A stretch of 64,000 nt of DNA from an uncultured Acidobacteriaceae bacterium (GTDB lineage: Bacteria > Acidobacteriota > Terriglobia > Bryobacterales > Bryobacteraceae): positions 972 through 64,971 of the forward strand of contig CAWBDW010000012.1 in assembly GCA_963787545.1 (NCBI GenBank), written 5' to 3'. Both the position numbers and the translations under genes were made by a program. The number at the start of each line of letters is the position of its first letter. Positions within the stretch are counted from its first letter, which is position 1. Of the stretch, positions 40,259 to 50,015 are shown piece after piece. The notes below the pieces were generated by a model. That model had not been told where the DNA came from. It searched no databases and saw only the letters and a list, made by a program, of their open reading frames with translations.

Positions 40259-43090
40259 CTACGCTGCGAAGATTCGTTCAAACAGCCGGCGCATCTTTGA
40301 ACGAAGCGTGTCCAGTTCGGTTTCGAGCATGGCCGCGCTCGGATGCTCTTTCGTCCAGCGGCGGACCAGTTCCGCCACCATCTCCCGTTCCGCGAGCGAT
40401 GTGGGCAGCTTTTCTTCGGCGCGGCCGGTCACTAGCCGGGCGGCGTGATCGAGCGCGCGGAAAAACGTCGCCGCCTGCAGCAGAAACTCCGCATCAGCGC
40501 GCTCCAGGTGCCCCATCTTCTCGACGATGTCGATGCGCTCCGGCGTGTTCAGGCTTTTGAAAAACAAGCCAGCGCCCTTGAGCCGCAGGTACATGAGAAT
40601 GAAATCCGCGTCGTAGTAGCCACCCTCGGCCGCTTTGAGCGGAGTGACAGCGCCTTGCTCCCGCTGCAGCCGCAGCCGCATCTGCCGCAGGTCCTGTTTC
40701 GAACGCCCGCCTTGTCCGTAGCGCCGCCAGTCGACTTGCTGCAGTTCCGTCAGGAACTTGGTTGCGCGCTCGGCATCGCCCGCAACGCTCCGCGCCTTCA
40801 TGTACGCAATGCCCTCCCATGCCTCGGCCTTGTTGGAGAAGTATTCGACGTATTTCGATTCCGTCTGTACCAGCATTCCTTCGCGGCCGTTTGGCCGCAG
40901 CCGGGTATCGATGGAGAGAATCGGGCCGTCGCCCGTGTAGGCCGTCAGGATCTCGATCAGATGCTCCGTGACCCGTGTCCAGAAGCGCTGCCTGGGCGCT
41001 TCGCTATCGGGAAGGATGAAGAGTACGTCGGCGTCGGAGGCCAGATCGAACTCGCGCATGCCCAGCCGTCCCAGAGCGATCACCATCATTTCGCTTTGCG
41101 GCTCTTCGAACGGCTTCTCCGGCGTCGAATGCGCTCGTGCGTGCGCAATGCTCTGTTCGCGCGCGCTGCGATACGCCCGCGCGATCACGAATTCAGCCAG
41201 CGAGGAAGTGCGGTCCAGTGTCTGAAACACCGCTTCCGGCACGCAAACGCTTACCGCCAGAATGCGGAACATCTCGCGCTTAAAGAAGCGCCGCAAGCCG
41301 TCGGTATCGTTTAGCGGAGGCGCGGCCGCTTCAAACGCCGGCCGGTGCTCCGGGTCGGCCGCAACGCGCTGCAGATCCTTCAACAGCTCCGGATGCCGCA
41401 TGAGTTGCTCTGACAGATAAGGACTCAATTCGAAAATCTGCGCCGCCCAATCGCCCACAGCCGGATGCTCGTCGAGCAAAGCGAGCGAGGCCGGATCCTG
41501 CAGCGCCTTTTCGAGAAAGCCCGCGAGCGCTCGCTCGGAACCATAAAAACCGCGTGCCCGCAGACGCTCCGCGAATCGTGGCGCAACATGCCGGCACCCA
41601 TCGAGAAGTTGATCCGAGAGGCCGGCCCGGGTAGGCTCGTTGCTCGCTTTGGCGGCAACATCGGTCATCGAAGACGCCTCCGAACTCGGAGTGTAGTAAA
41701 GCGGCCGCTGCGCGTGCACGATGCTCTCATACAGACCCTGCACATTTTCCAGATGTTGATTGAGCGTTTGTAGCAGTTGCGCGGAGGCGCTGACCGCCCC
41801 CGACGCCCGTTCCGGCGCGCCGGGCATGCGCCGTGCGATGCGCTCGAGATCGGCTGCATGCGGCGGCAGAGTGTGAGTTTGCCGGTCGTCTTCAAACTGA
41901 AGCCGGTGCTCCAGCCTGCGCAGGAATTCGTAAGCTTCACACAACCGCGAATACTCGGTGGATGCCAGCAGGTTCGCGTCGTGCAAACGCGACAGCGCCA
42001 GCAGCGTGCCGCCGTGCCGTACCCAGGCCTCGCGCCCGCCATGCAATCGCTGGAGGCATTGCACCAGAAACTCAATGTCGCGAATTCCGCCGCGTGCGAG
42101 CTTCACGTCGAGTCCGTCTTTCTTCAGCCGCTTGCGCGCCAGCTTCTCACTAATCCGCTCGCGCGTGTCGGACATGGCTTCAATCGTTGAGAAATCGAGA
42201 GTCGTGGAATAGATGGAAGCCTCGACGAAATCGAGCAGCGCCTGGCCGAGTGTCTCGTCTCCGGCCGCTACCCGCGCCTTGATCAGCATCTGCAATTCCC
42301 AATCGCGCGCGCGCCTGGAATAATATTCTTTGGCAGCGTCGAGCGCGAGGCAGACCTCGCCCAGCGCACCCTCGGGGCGCAGCCGCAAATCGACGCGATA
42401 GCAAAGGCCCGCGGCGGTGTAGGTCGACAGCAGATTCGTGAAGTGGTTGGCGACTTTTTTGAAAAATTCCTTGTTCGTGATCTTCTGTGGCCCGGCGGTT
42501 TCTCCGTTTTGGCTGTAGAGAAACATCAAGTCGATATCGGAGCTGTAATTCAGCTCGCGCCCGCCGAGTTTTCCCAGCGCGACCACCGCGAACGAGGCGG
42601 GAGCCGCGCCGTAACGCGCCTCGAATTCCGCGATGGAGTGCTTGAGCGCGCAGCCGAGAATCGCATCGGCCAGATTCGAGAGCTCACCCGTGATTTCGGC
42701 TAATGAGCCAGCCTCCAGCACATCGCGAAGCACGATGCGAAAGAGCTCTCTGCGCCGGAACAACGCGAGATCCGCCGCCGTCGGCGTGCCTGTTCCCAGC
42801 GGGTCGAGAAAAGCTTCCAGCCGGCGGCTGTAATCGGCGGTGTCGAGTGGACGCTCGAAATCGGCGCCGGTCGCGAGCCATTCCGGATGCCGCAACAATT
42901 CCTCGGAAAGAAAATGGCTGAAGGCGAAAGTCGTAACGATCCAGCGAGAGCGCCGCGGGTCGTCCTCAATCTCTTCTCGAAGTTCGGGGTAATGCGAGAA
43001 GAACTCGGCGACATACCGGGCCACTCGCTCGGGGTTGGGCGAATTGTCAACGAAGCTTTGAATCCGGCTTGCGCTCGCGGCACGATTCAT
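40259..43090 (-). CDS. glnE: bifunctional glutamine synthetase adenylyltransferase/adenylyl-removing enzyme
   Basis: 958-aa ORF with two nucleotidyltransferase cores (ALGKLGGRELNYSSDIDLMF and ALGRLGMREFDLASDADVLF). ATG c43090 is preferred over c43135 to limit overlap with the upstream gene. Confidence 0.9.
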   Translation of the reverse strand: MNRAASASRIQSFVDNSPNPERVARYVAEFFSHYPELREEIEDDPRRSRWIVTTFAFSHFLSEELLRHPEWLATGADFERPLDTADYSRRLEAFLDPLGTGTPTAADLALFRRRELFRIVLRDVLEAGSLAEITGELSNLADAILGCALKHSIAEFEARYGAAPASFAVVALGKLGGRELNYSSDIDLMFLYSQNGETAGPQKITNKEFFKKVANHFTNLLSTYTAAGLCYRVDLRLRPEGALGEVCLALDAAKEYYSRRARDWELQMLIKARVAAGDETLGQALLDFVEASIYSTTLDFSTIEAMSDTRERISEKLARKRLKKDGLDVKLARGGIRDIEFLVQCLQRLHGGREAWVRHGGTLLALSRLHDANLLASTEYSRLCEAYEFLRRLEHRLQFEDDRQTHTLPPHAADLERIARRMPGAPERASGAVSASAQLLQTLNQHLENVQGLYESIVHAQRPLYYTPSSEASSMTDVAAKASNEPTRAGLSDQLLDGCRHVAPRFAERLRARGFYGSERALAGFLEKALQDPASLALLDEHPAVGDWAAQIFELSPYLSEQLMRHPELLKDLQRVAADPEHRPAFEAAAPPLNDTDGLRRFFKREMFRILAVSVCVPEAVFQTLDRTSSLAEFVIARAYRSAREQSIAHARAHSTPEKPFEEPQSEMMVIALGRLGMREFDLASDADVLFILPDSEAPRQRFWTRVTEHLIEILTAYTGDGPILSIDTRLRPNGREGMLVQTESKYVEYFSNKAEAWEGIAYMKARSVAGDAERATKFLTELQQVDWRRYGQGGRSKQDLRQMRLRLQREQGAVTPLKAAEGGYYDADFILMYLRLKGAGLFFKSLNTPERIDIVEKMGHLERADAEFLLQAATFFRALDHAARLVTGRAEEKLPTSLAEREMVAELVRRWTKEHPSAAMLETELDTLRSKMRRLFERIFAA

Positions 43091-44102
43091 AGATTCCCAC
43101 CACCACTTCGAGAGCGCGATAGCCCTCTTCACCATTTACCAGCGGCTCGCGTTTGTCTCTTATGGCCGCGCTGAAATCCTCAAACTGGCGCTCAAACGAC
43201 GTGAGCTCGATTGCCATGGGATCGGAAGATCCGGAGGAAACGTTGTGCTCCACCGGCGCCGGATCGTCCGCATTGGCCTCCTCGTCTTCCAAAACATCCC
43301 ACGAGGTCAAGCGATCGCCGGAAACAATCGCAGTTCCTTTTGCGCCGTGAAGTTCGATCCGTTCGGTGTAGCCTGGCCAAAACGCCGTTGCGGCCTGGAT
43401 CACGCCGGTCGCGCCGCTTTCATATTTCAGTAAAGCGTTCACAATGTCTTCCGATTCGATCTTATGCCCGGCGCCAAGCTGCCACATCCCGCTCACTCGG
43501 GCGACCGAGCCCGCCAGATAGAGCAGAACGTCGACCTGATGAATCGCTTGATTGATGAGAGCGCCGCCGCCTTCGGTTTGCCAGCTTCCTTTGATGGGCC
43601 GTGAGTAGTATTCGTCGCTGCGGAACCATTTCACGTACGCATCGGCTTCGAGCAGTTTTCCAAGCCGCCCGGCCGCCAGCGCGCGCTTCAGGAACTGAGT
43701 CGAATCGTCGAATCGATGCTGGCTCATTACGCCCAGCACGATGCCCGCGCTATGCGCCGATTCGACGATTTGTCTCGCCGTTTCAAGGTTCGTCGCAATC
43801 GGCTTCTGAAGCATTACGTGCCGCCGAATCGAGGCACAAACCTCAACGGGTGGAAGGTGGAAATCGGGAAACGTGCAAACGTCGACATAATCGAGACCCG
43901 GATAACGGCACAGTTCGCGGTAGTCTTCGATAAAGTCGGCGCCCCAGCGCTGCGCGAATTCCCGTCCTCGCGATGCGGTTTTGTTCGAGCAGGCGGCCAG
44001 CTCAAAGCCAATATTTTTGTAAGCTTGCGCGTGCTTGTTCGCGATCGCGCCCGTTCCCAGGATGCCGACGCGCACGCCTACAGCCCTGTCTCTGTTCCGC
44101 AA
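43047..44102 (-). CDS. Gfo/Idh/MocA family NAD(P)-dependent oxidoreductase
   Basis: 351-aa ORF containing the Rossmann motif VGILGTGAIANKH and LQKPIATNLETARQIV. Confidence 0.85.
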   Translation of the reverse strand: MRNRDRAVGVRVGILGTGAIANKHAQAYKNIGFELAACSNKTASRGREFAQRWGADFIEDYRELCRYPGLDYVDVCTFPDFHLPPVEVCASIRRHVMLQKPIATNLETARQIVESAHSAGIVLGVMSQHRFDDSTQFLKRALAAGRLGKLLEADAYVKWFRSDEYYSRPIKGSWQTEGGGALINQAIHQVDVLLYLAGSVARVSGMWQLGAGHKIESEDIVNALLKYESGATGVIQAATAFWPGYTERIELHGAKGTAIVSGDRLTSWDVLEDEEANADDPAPVEHNVSSGSSDPMAIELTSFERQFEDFSAAIRDKREPLVNGEEGYRALEVVVGIYESCRERKPDSKLR

Positions 44103-45673
44103 ATGGCGACTTCCAGACCGGCTTCGCGAAAAAATGCGGCCTTCGCCGCCAGCGCCTTGTTCGCGCTCGCCGAATCCGGAGCATACGCCACCTGGATGTG
44201 ATTCGCTTTATGCCGCGCCATCATTTGATCTCGCGAAATGCCATATAGGACGGCATGCATAATCGGCCACTGCGGAGTGGTGATGCGCCATCTGCGCTCG
44301 GTCTCTTCCTGCGGAAGCGCGACAACGCGCGCGCGCCCGAGATCGGCCTTCAGCTTTGCATCTTCAATGAATACCCGGCTCCAGACAATTTCGCCGGGCT
44401 TGGCGATGCCTTTCAACGATCCTCCTCCGAGACGGAAATACATGGGCGGCTGGCGCTCGCTTACCGATCCCGCGTAGCCGCCGATGTGATGCGCGGGCGG
44501 CGCCGCGCCGGAGATCTCGAATACCCAAACGAACTCACCGTCATATGACTCTCCGTAGCGCAGATCGTGCAGCGTGGTTTCCGGTGAAAGCCCGAGCGCG
44601 CTCCAAACCCGATTGGTCACGATCGCATCCAATCCGGCGCACTCATCCACCTCGTTGAAGTGTGGAAGCGGCCGGCCTTCGTAAAGAACTCGCCCGTCGA
44701 CGGATTGCACCGGAGGCCGGTCGGAATTGTTCAGGAGTCCTTCGGCCAGGTCGGAGGCGGGCGCCACGTCCTTCAATCCCTGCTGATACTGAATGCCGAT
44801 CGCGGCGCAGCCAAACTCGCCGGCAATGCGCAACGCCGCGATATACATCCGGCATTGATCCAGAATCTGCTCGTCCGTGAGATCGGTCTCCGGATTCGAG
44901 CCGGTCTTAAACCGCAAGCCCTTTTCGTCCAGCCAATTTCTAACCGCCTGCGCCTCTTTCGCCGGGACAGCGCGCATTGCGGCATAAAGCGCGGACTGGC
45001 TCAATCGTTCTTTGTATACGCCGGTTGGATTCAACAAATGATCAGGCACGATCGCGTTGAACATGCCCATGCATCCTTCATCGAACACGCCGAGAATGGC
45101 TTTCTCGCGCTGAAGTTGCCGCGCCAGCGACGTTCCCAACTCGGCGGCGTCCGGCGGCAATTTCAAGCCACCCAGCGCGCGCACATGCGATGCGTCGTGC
45201 TCGACCGGTTTGCCCTGCAGCCAGCACTTCAATCGCGATAAGAAATACTCGTCGCGGAAATCCTCCGACCACAAAGTCGAATACGGGACGCCAGCCTTGG
45301 TGAGCGAACCATTCAGGTTCAACATGCCGACCAGGCCGGGCCATTGCCCGCTCCAATTCGCAATGGTGAGAATCGGACCTTTATGCGTCATCAGTCCCGG
45401 CAGAACGTGATGGCTGTACTGCCACACGGCTTCGACAACGATTATGGGTGCGTTCTCGGGAATATGGCGGAACACTTCCATGCCGTACTTCTGCGAATCG
45501 ATGAAGCCATGCTGTTTGACAGTGTCGACAGGATGACCCCTATTCACCTCGAAACCACAGTTTCGGATGGCTTGGGAAACTGCGTTTTCTACTTGTTCCT
45601 GTGCCGGCCAGCACACCCGGTTGGCGGCGAGCCGCAAATCGCCGCTTGCAATCAAAATCACTTCGGATGTCAC
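44078..45673 (-). CDS. L-fucose/L-arabinose isomerase-like protein
   Basis: 559-aa ORF; GTG c45673 is the preferred start, 35 nt after the receptor stop. VILIASGDLRLAAN..., ...WSGQWPGLVGMLNLNGSL..., and the C-terminal FEISGAAPPAHHIGGYAGSV...YFRLGGGSLKG resemble the FucI/AraA superfamily. The family call is from memory only. Confidence 0.55.
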   Translation of the reverse strand: MTSEVILIASGDLRLAANRVCWPAQEQVENAVSQAIRNCGFEVNRGHPVDTVKQHGFIDSQKYGMEVFRHIPENAPIIVVEAVWQYSHHVLPGLMTHKGPILTIANWSGQWPGLVGMLNLNGSLTKAGVPYSTLWSEDFRDEYFLSRLKCWLQGKPVEHDASHVRALGGLKLPPDAAELGTSLARQLQREKAILGVFDEGCMGMFNAIVPDHLLNPTGVYKERLSQSALYAAMRAVPAKEAQAVRNWLDEKGLRFKTGSNPETDLTDEQILDQCRMYIAALRIAGEFGCAAIGIQYQQGLKDVAPASDLAEGLLNNSDRPPVQSVDGRVLYEGRPLPHFNEVDECAGLDAIVTNRVWSALGLSPETTLHDLRYGESYDGEFVWVFEISGAAPPAHHIGGYAGSVSERQPPMYFRLGGGSLKGIAKPGEIVWSRVFIEDAKLKADLGRARVVALPQEETERRWRITTPQWPIMHAVLYGISRDQMMARHKANHIQVAYAPDSASANKALAAKAAFFREAGLEVAICGTETGL

Positions 45674-45708
45674 TCTACTGTTGTATCTGAACGAGACGGC
45701 CGGTTGGA

Positions 45709-48300
45709 TCAGAGAACCCAGCCCAGCGAGATTTGATAAGAGCGCGGCGACACCCAATGGGTGCCGCTGAAAGTAGATAAAAAATTGTATAGCGCGGCTG
45801 AGTTGGTGATGTTTACAGCCGTGAATTTCAACGTGGTCTTCACGCCTTTCTCTTTGTGAAAGAGATTGTCGATGCCCGCGCCGGCGTCGAATAAATTGCG
45901 GGGCGCGATGCGCGGCGGATTGTGGTCGGGGTTGAACGTGCCTGCCGCGGGAATGGAGATTCGGCTAGCTCCATAACTTCCCGAACACGAGGTAATGGGG
46001 TGCTGCAGCGTAGCGAATTGATTGCCGCAGTAGAAGCCGATGGCCGCTTGCTCGTCGCCCGTGAGCGCCAGCGCGTCGGCCAGATCCGTGACGGAACCGG
46101 CTACCTCGCCGCTATCGAAACGCCAGGTGAACGTCACCCAGGGACCGTCTTTCCCGTGTTGATAGCGCAGATAGGTGTTCTGCTGAAAGGCCTGATCGTG
46201 ATCGATGCGGAAAACTCCGGTATTCAATGGCGAATTAAAGATGAGGCCGCCGACCTCCGGTCCAAAGAACCGGGCTCGCGTGTGACCAATTGTTGTATAC
46301 GCCTGGAAGCCATGCAAATTCGCAGTAGAAATGCGCGCGGACACGCCATCGAGCTTCGATTTGCGCCATTCGATTGGAAAGGCGATGGGCGTGTTAAACA
46401 GCGTGTCGAAATCGAACGCGTTGTTAGTGTACTTCCAGAAGTAATCGGCTTCGATGCGCAGATATCTCCCGGCGCCCTGTTGTAAGCCGGTGCTAAATTC
46501 ATTGCGGTGGCCCGGACGAAGCGCCTGGCTTCCAAATGCTCCAAATACGTTCGAAGCTAAACCTCCCGCTCCGGTGGTACTCGACAAGACCAGGTTCTCG
46601 TTATACGGTGTTTCCATCGTGCGGTCATAGGAGCCGCGAATCACAGTCCCGGTTCGCGTGAACATATACGAGAAACCGAAGCGAGGCTCAATGAGATGGT
46701 CGTTTGAGATGCCGGCGTAATTGTCGAAGCGCAGGCCGGGATTTAGCGTAAAGTTTTTGATGGTGATCTGATCCTGTACGTAAACGGCTTCTTCGTCGAT
46801 GTGCGCTGCGCCGCGGAATTGAAATAGAGTGCCGCCGCGCGTCAGATCGTAGGGAACGAGTCCCGGAGAAAGATTGGGATTCGGCATATAGCCGAGGCCG
46901 GCGCAAGAAGCGGGGTTGGTAAGAGTAGGCGTGGTAACCGCTCCGCCGCCCGAGGTTAAACAGATTGGGTTAAACGCGGGATCTGTCAGGCCGAGATCGA
47001 AATTTTCCACCAGCCGATCCTGCATCAGCTCGGTCCCGATCTTCAAATTGTGAATGCCTTTGGCGTAGGAGAAATCGGCGCGCGTTCCCCAGTTGGTCAG
47101 ATGCCGGTCCTGGCCAATGGTCGCCGGCGAATCGTTGAACGGATCGCCGCTTGGATAATAGTTCACGCGATCTTCGCGCAAGTAGGGATTAATCGAGAGC
47201 AGCGATTGCGCATTGAAAGTGTGCTGATAGCCGAGAGAGAAGCTCAACGTTCGTGCTTGCTGGCGCTGGTCCTGCTGCGCTTGGTCGTAAGTGTCTGGAA
47301 TTTGAAACCAGTTGCGGGCCGCGAACACGTCGAGGTGCAGCGAATCCTTGCTGCCCGGGACGTAATCGATACGGTCGAAAAAGTTTTCGGTATTGCCGAT
47401 GTCATGGTTCGGGTAAAACTCGGGCGTATCGAGAAAGCGGCCGGTCCGGCTGGTATCCGCGAGAAAAAAGTTGCCCCACTTCGGCCCGCCGATTGCGAAT
47501 GTGGCATCTTCGCCAACGGTGCCGAAAGAGCCGTAATAGGCATCGAAACTTCCGTTGACGTTTTGTCCGAGACCGGAGCGCGTGACGGCATTCACAATCA
47601 ATGAGGTTTTGTCGCCGTACTCGGCGTTCGGCGAACTGCTGACGACCTCCAGCGATTGAAAGGCATTGGAAGGAAGTTGTGTCGAGAAGGTTTTGCTCTG
47701 CTGATCGCTGATGGGCTGGCCATCGACGACGTAGGTTGTTTCGCCATGATCGCCCTGCGGATGGAAGAAGCCGTTGGAATCGGCGACAACTCCGCCTGTG
47801 GTCATCGTGATGGCATCGCTCAAGCCTTGGCCTGTGGATGCAATGGGCAGGTTGGCGAGCAGGTTTTGACTGACGTCGGTGTGCGCCGTCGGCACGTTTT
47901 CGACGACTTCGGCGGAAGCCGAAACATTGACAGTCTGCTGCGAACCGGCCAGCGCCAGTTGGGCCTTAACCTGGACGGGGACTTGCGTGCGAACGGAAAT
48001 CTCCTGACTATAGGGCTGAAAGCCGGGCGCGGTGACTTCCAGACGGTATTGATCGGTCGGAATATTAACCAGGCGGAAGCTTCCGTCGCTCGCCGATTTA
48101 ATCGTCTGTTTGTAACCCGAAACAGCGTGAGTGAGCGTCACGTCGGCACCGGCGACAACAGCGCCGCTGGGGTCGATGACCGTGCCCTGAATTGTGCCGC
48201 CGTTTCCACTGGCCTGCGGCGAAGCGGTATCCGCGTAGGCCAGAAAGCCAAAAATCAAAACCGCCAGCATACCGGCGGGCAAGACTACTCGATGTAACAT
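45709..48300 (-). CDS. TonB-dependent receptor with carboxypeptidase-regulatory-like domain
   Basis: 871-aa ORF; ATG c48300 gives the signal peptide MLHRVVLPAGMLAVLIFGFLAYA. GTIQGTVIDPSGAVVAGADVTL...DGSFRLVNIPTDQYRLEV is followed by plug and barrel regions. The C-terminus is ...SYQISLGWVL*. Confidence 0.85.
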   Translation of the reverse strand: MLHRVVLPAGMLAVLIFGFLAYADTASPQASGNGGTIQGTVIDPSGAVVAGADVTLTHAVSGYKQTIKSASDGSFRLVNIPTDQYRLEVTAPGFQPYSQEISVRTQVPVQVKAQLALAGSQQTVNVSASAEVVENVPTAHTDVSQNLLANLPIASTGQGLSDAITMTTGGVVADSNGFFHPQGDHGETTYVVDGQPISDQQSKTFSTQLPSNAFQSLEVVSSSPNAEYGDKTSLIVNAVTRSGLGQNVNGSFDAYYGSFGTVGEDATFAIGGPKWGNFFLADTSRTGRFLDTPEFYPNHDIGNTENFFDRIDYVPGSKDSLHLDVFAARNWFQIPDTYDQAQQDQRQQARTLSFSLGYQHTFNAQSLLSINPYLREDRVNYYPSGDPFNDSPATIGQDRHLTNWGTRADFSYAKGIHNLKIGTELMQDRLVENFDLGLTDPAFNPICLTSGGGAVTTPTLTNPASCAGLGYMPNPNLSPGLVPYDLTRGGTLFQFRGAAHIDEEAVYVQDQITIKNFTLNPGLRFDNYAGISNDHLIEPRFGFSYMFTRTGTVIRGSYDRTMETPYNENLVLSSTTGAGGLASNVFGAFGSQALRPGHRNEFSTGLQQGAGRYLRIEADYFWKYTNNAFDFDTLFNTPIAFPIEWRKSKLDGVSARISTANLHGFQAYTTIGHTRARFFGPEVGGLIFNSPLNTGVFRIDHDQAFQQNTYLRYQHGKDGPWVTFTWRFDSGEVAGSVTDLADALALTGDEQAAIGFYCGNQFATLQHPITSCSGSYGASRISIPAAGTFNPDHNPPRIAPRNLFDAGAGIDNLFHKEKGVKTTLKFTAVNITNSAALYNFLSTFSGTHWVSPRSYQISLGWVL

Positions 48301-48372
48301 ACAGCTTCTCCTTCTTAACTCCACGCTGAGACCGGCAAATTCGCGCAGGGAGCGCGAGAGCCGGCAAAAAAT

Positions 48373-48666
48373 TTAGAGTGGGAAAAGAGTAGAGGGCGGA
48401 GCTCGCGGAATGCGAGCCGAATGCGGAACTTCGAAAGTAGGCGCGGGAACAAGAGCTGCCGCGATCTCCTCCAGTGCCTCAAAGTCGGGCTTACCGGCGT
48501 CGCTGGAGATGGCGACAACACTCGAGCTCTCGGTGGCGTGGCAGATAAGGCAGACGCCTTCCTGGCTTGAGTGCTTGTGAATGGGTGCGGCAACAGTCGC
48601 AACGATGAGTGTGCACAGACACAGCAGCGCGAGCCAGCGGCCGATTCGAAAAGGGCGCGATACCAC
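48373..48666 (-). CDS. small signal-anchored protein with single CXXCH motif (function unknown)
   Basis: 97-aa ORF, 48-72 nt upstream of the receptor gene on the same strand. It has an N-terminal hydrophobic helix (WLALLCLCTLIVATVAAP), then IHKHSSQEGVCLICHAT. Confidence 0.55.
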   Translation of the reverse strand: MVSRPFRIGRWLALLCLCTLIVATVAAPIHKHSSQEGVCLICHATESSSVVAISSDAGKPDFEALEEIAAALVPAPTFEVPHSARIPRAPPSTLFPL

Positions 48667-48795
48667 TTACTTCGAATTATACGTGATAGGAAGCGCGCGG
48701 GTTGCTTGTGCCTCTTTGCATTTTTTCGCTGGAAACGTAATACAGCCTTCAAACAAATGCTGACAAACCTGTTTTGCTGTGTTGTAATAAGCTGC

Positions 48796-49200
48796 ATGCA
48801 GTTTAGTAAAAGTTCGAAAAAGACGAAGAACGCGGATGAAACGGGAGCCAACGTGCCCGATATGAACACGACGGAATCGGGCGGGAACGTGCGCGCCTCC
48901 AAGTCTTCCAGGTTGAAGAAAGAAACCATCGAGATGGGTCCAGCAAAGCATCGCAAAACGAGTTCTCCGGAAGCGATTGTAGAGAACTCGCCGGTACTGA
49001 AAACAGCGGCGGTCGCGGGCGGCGAATCGAGCTCGCGCGTAATCGATTCAGTGGGGGTCATGACTCCGGCCGAGATTTCGCCATCGCGCGAAGAGATTGC
49101 ACGCTTAGCACATTCGTACTGGGTCGCTCGCGGTTATGCGCAAGGGTCGCCGGAACAGGACTGGCTGCGCGCCGAGCGGGAATTAAGAACGAAGCGCTAA
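48796..49200 (+). CDS. DUF2934-domain protein
   Basis: Internal ATG 48796 of ORF 48571..49200. The N-terminus is low-complexity and basic. The C-terminal EEIARLAHSYWVARGYAQGSPEQDWLRAEREL matches the DUF2934 signature as I remember it. Confidence 0.6.
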   Translation: MQFSKSSKKTKNADETGANVPDMNTTESGGNVRASKSSRLKKETIEMGPAKHRKTSSPEAIVENSPVLKTAAVAGGESSSRVIDSVGVMTPAEISPSREEIARLAHSYWVARGYAQGSPEQDWLRAERELRTKR

Positions 49201-49230
49201 GCGTTTTCATCGGGAACTCCGCAAACAGCC

Positions 49231-49254
49231 GAAGCAGGCGAAAGCGCCCGCTTC
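49231..49254. repeat. intergenic hairpin repeat, copy 1 (GAAGCAGGCGAAAGCGCCCGCTTC)
   Basis: The 20-nt core gcaggcgaaagcgcccgctt (49234-49253) is identical to 55351-55370. It forms a 10-bp stem, with one G-U pair on the minus strand or one A-C mismatch on the plus strand. Confidence 0.6.
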
Positions 49255-49329
49255 CACGACACTGAAGAGCGGCACCAAACAGCAATCCGGCCGTCCAACT
49301 TGTAAGCTGGAAGTAAGCTTTTATTTCAT

Positions 49330-49923
49330 ATGAGCGAGCCGGCTCCCGATTTAGCGGTATCCGCCTCCGCGTGCCCTGTCACGTCCGCGGAGCGGCCGCG
49401 ATCCGCATTCATCACCACCATCGCCTGGTTCCGGGATTTGATGTTGTCGGTGTTGATTGCCGTTTTGATCATTCTGTTCCTGTATCGGCCCGTGAAGGTG
49501 GAGGGGACGAGCATGATGCCCAGCCTCTACGATCAGGAGCGGTTATTCATTAATCAGTTCAGTTACAAGTTCGATCTGGGCGATATCAAGCGCGGAGATA
49601 CGGTAGTGTTCTGGTTTCCCGAGGACACCACGAAATCCTACATCAAACGGGTCATCGGGCTGCCAGGCGATACTGTCGCGATCGATGACGGCTATGTGGT
49701 CATCAATGGCAAGAAGCTGGTTGAGAATTATCTGCCGCCGGAATATCGCGACGACCGAAGTTATCCCCCGCGAATCGTGCCGCCGAACGAATATTTCGTG
49801 TTGGGCGATCATCGCGTCTCATCGAACGACAGCCGGGCCTGGGGATTCGTTCCCAGAAACTACATTTACGGCAAAGCGGTATTCGTGTTCTGGCCTCCCG
49901 CGCATATCGGGACAATTCATTAA
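49330..49923 (+). CDS. lepB: signal peptidase I (second copy)
   Basis: 197-aa ORF containing VEGTSMMPSL (catalytic Ser box), KRVIGLPGD and GDHRVSSNDSRAWGFV. Confidence 0.9.
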   Translation: MSEPAPDLAVSASACPVTSAERPRSAFITTIAWFRDLMLSVLIAVLIILFLYRPVKVEGTSMMPSLYDQERLFINQFSYKFDLGDIKRGDTVVFWFPEDTTKSYIKRVIGLPGDTVAIDDGYVVINGKKLVENYLPPEYRDDRSYPPRIVPPNEYFVLGDHRVSSNDSRAWGFVPRNYIYGKAVFVFWPPAHIGTIH

Positions 49924-50015
49924 ATCTAAGGGCGCATGGCAAACTCCGCTCCCTCACGGTCGCGGTTCTGTAAATGTCAGTGAGCGGCAGATTACGACTT
50001 CCACCGCAGCCTAAC

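Noticed and set aside
43047-43135. 89-nt overlap between the glnE ORF start (c43135) and the upstream oxidoreductase gene.
   Set aside because: This is probably an over-extended ORF. The internal ATG c43090 shortens the overlap, and the true start cannot be fixed without homologue alignment.
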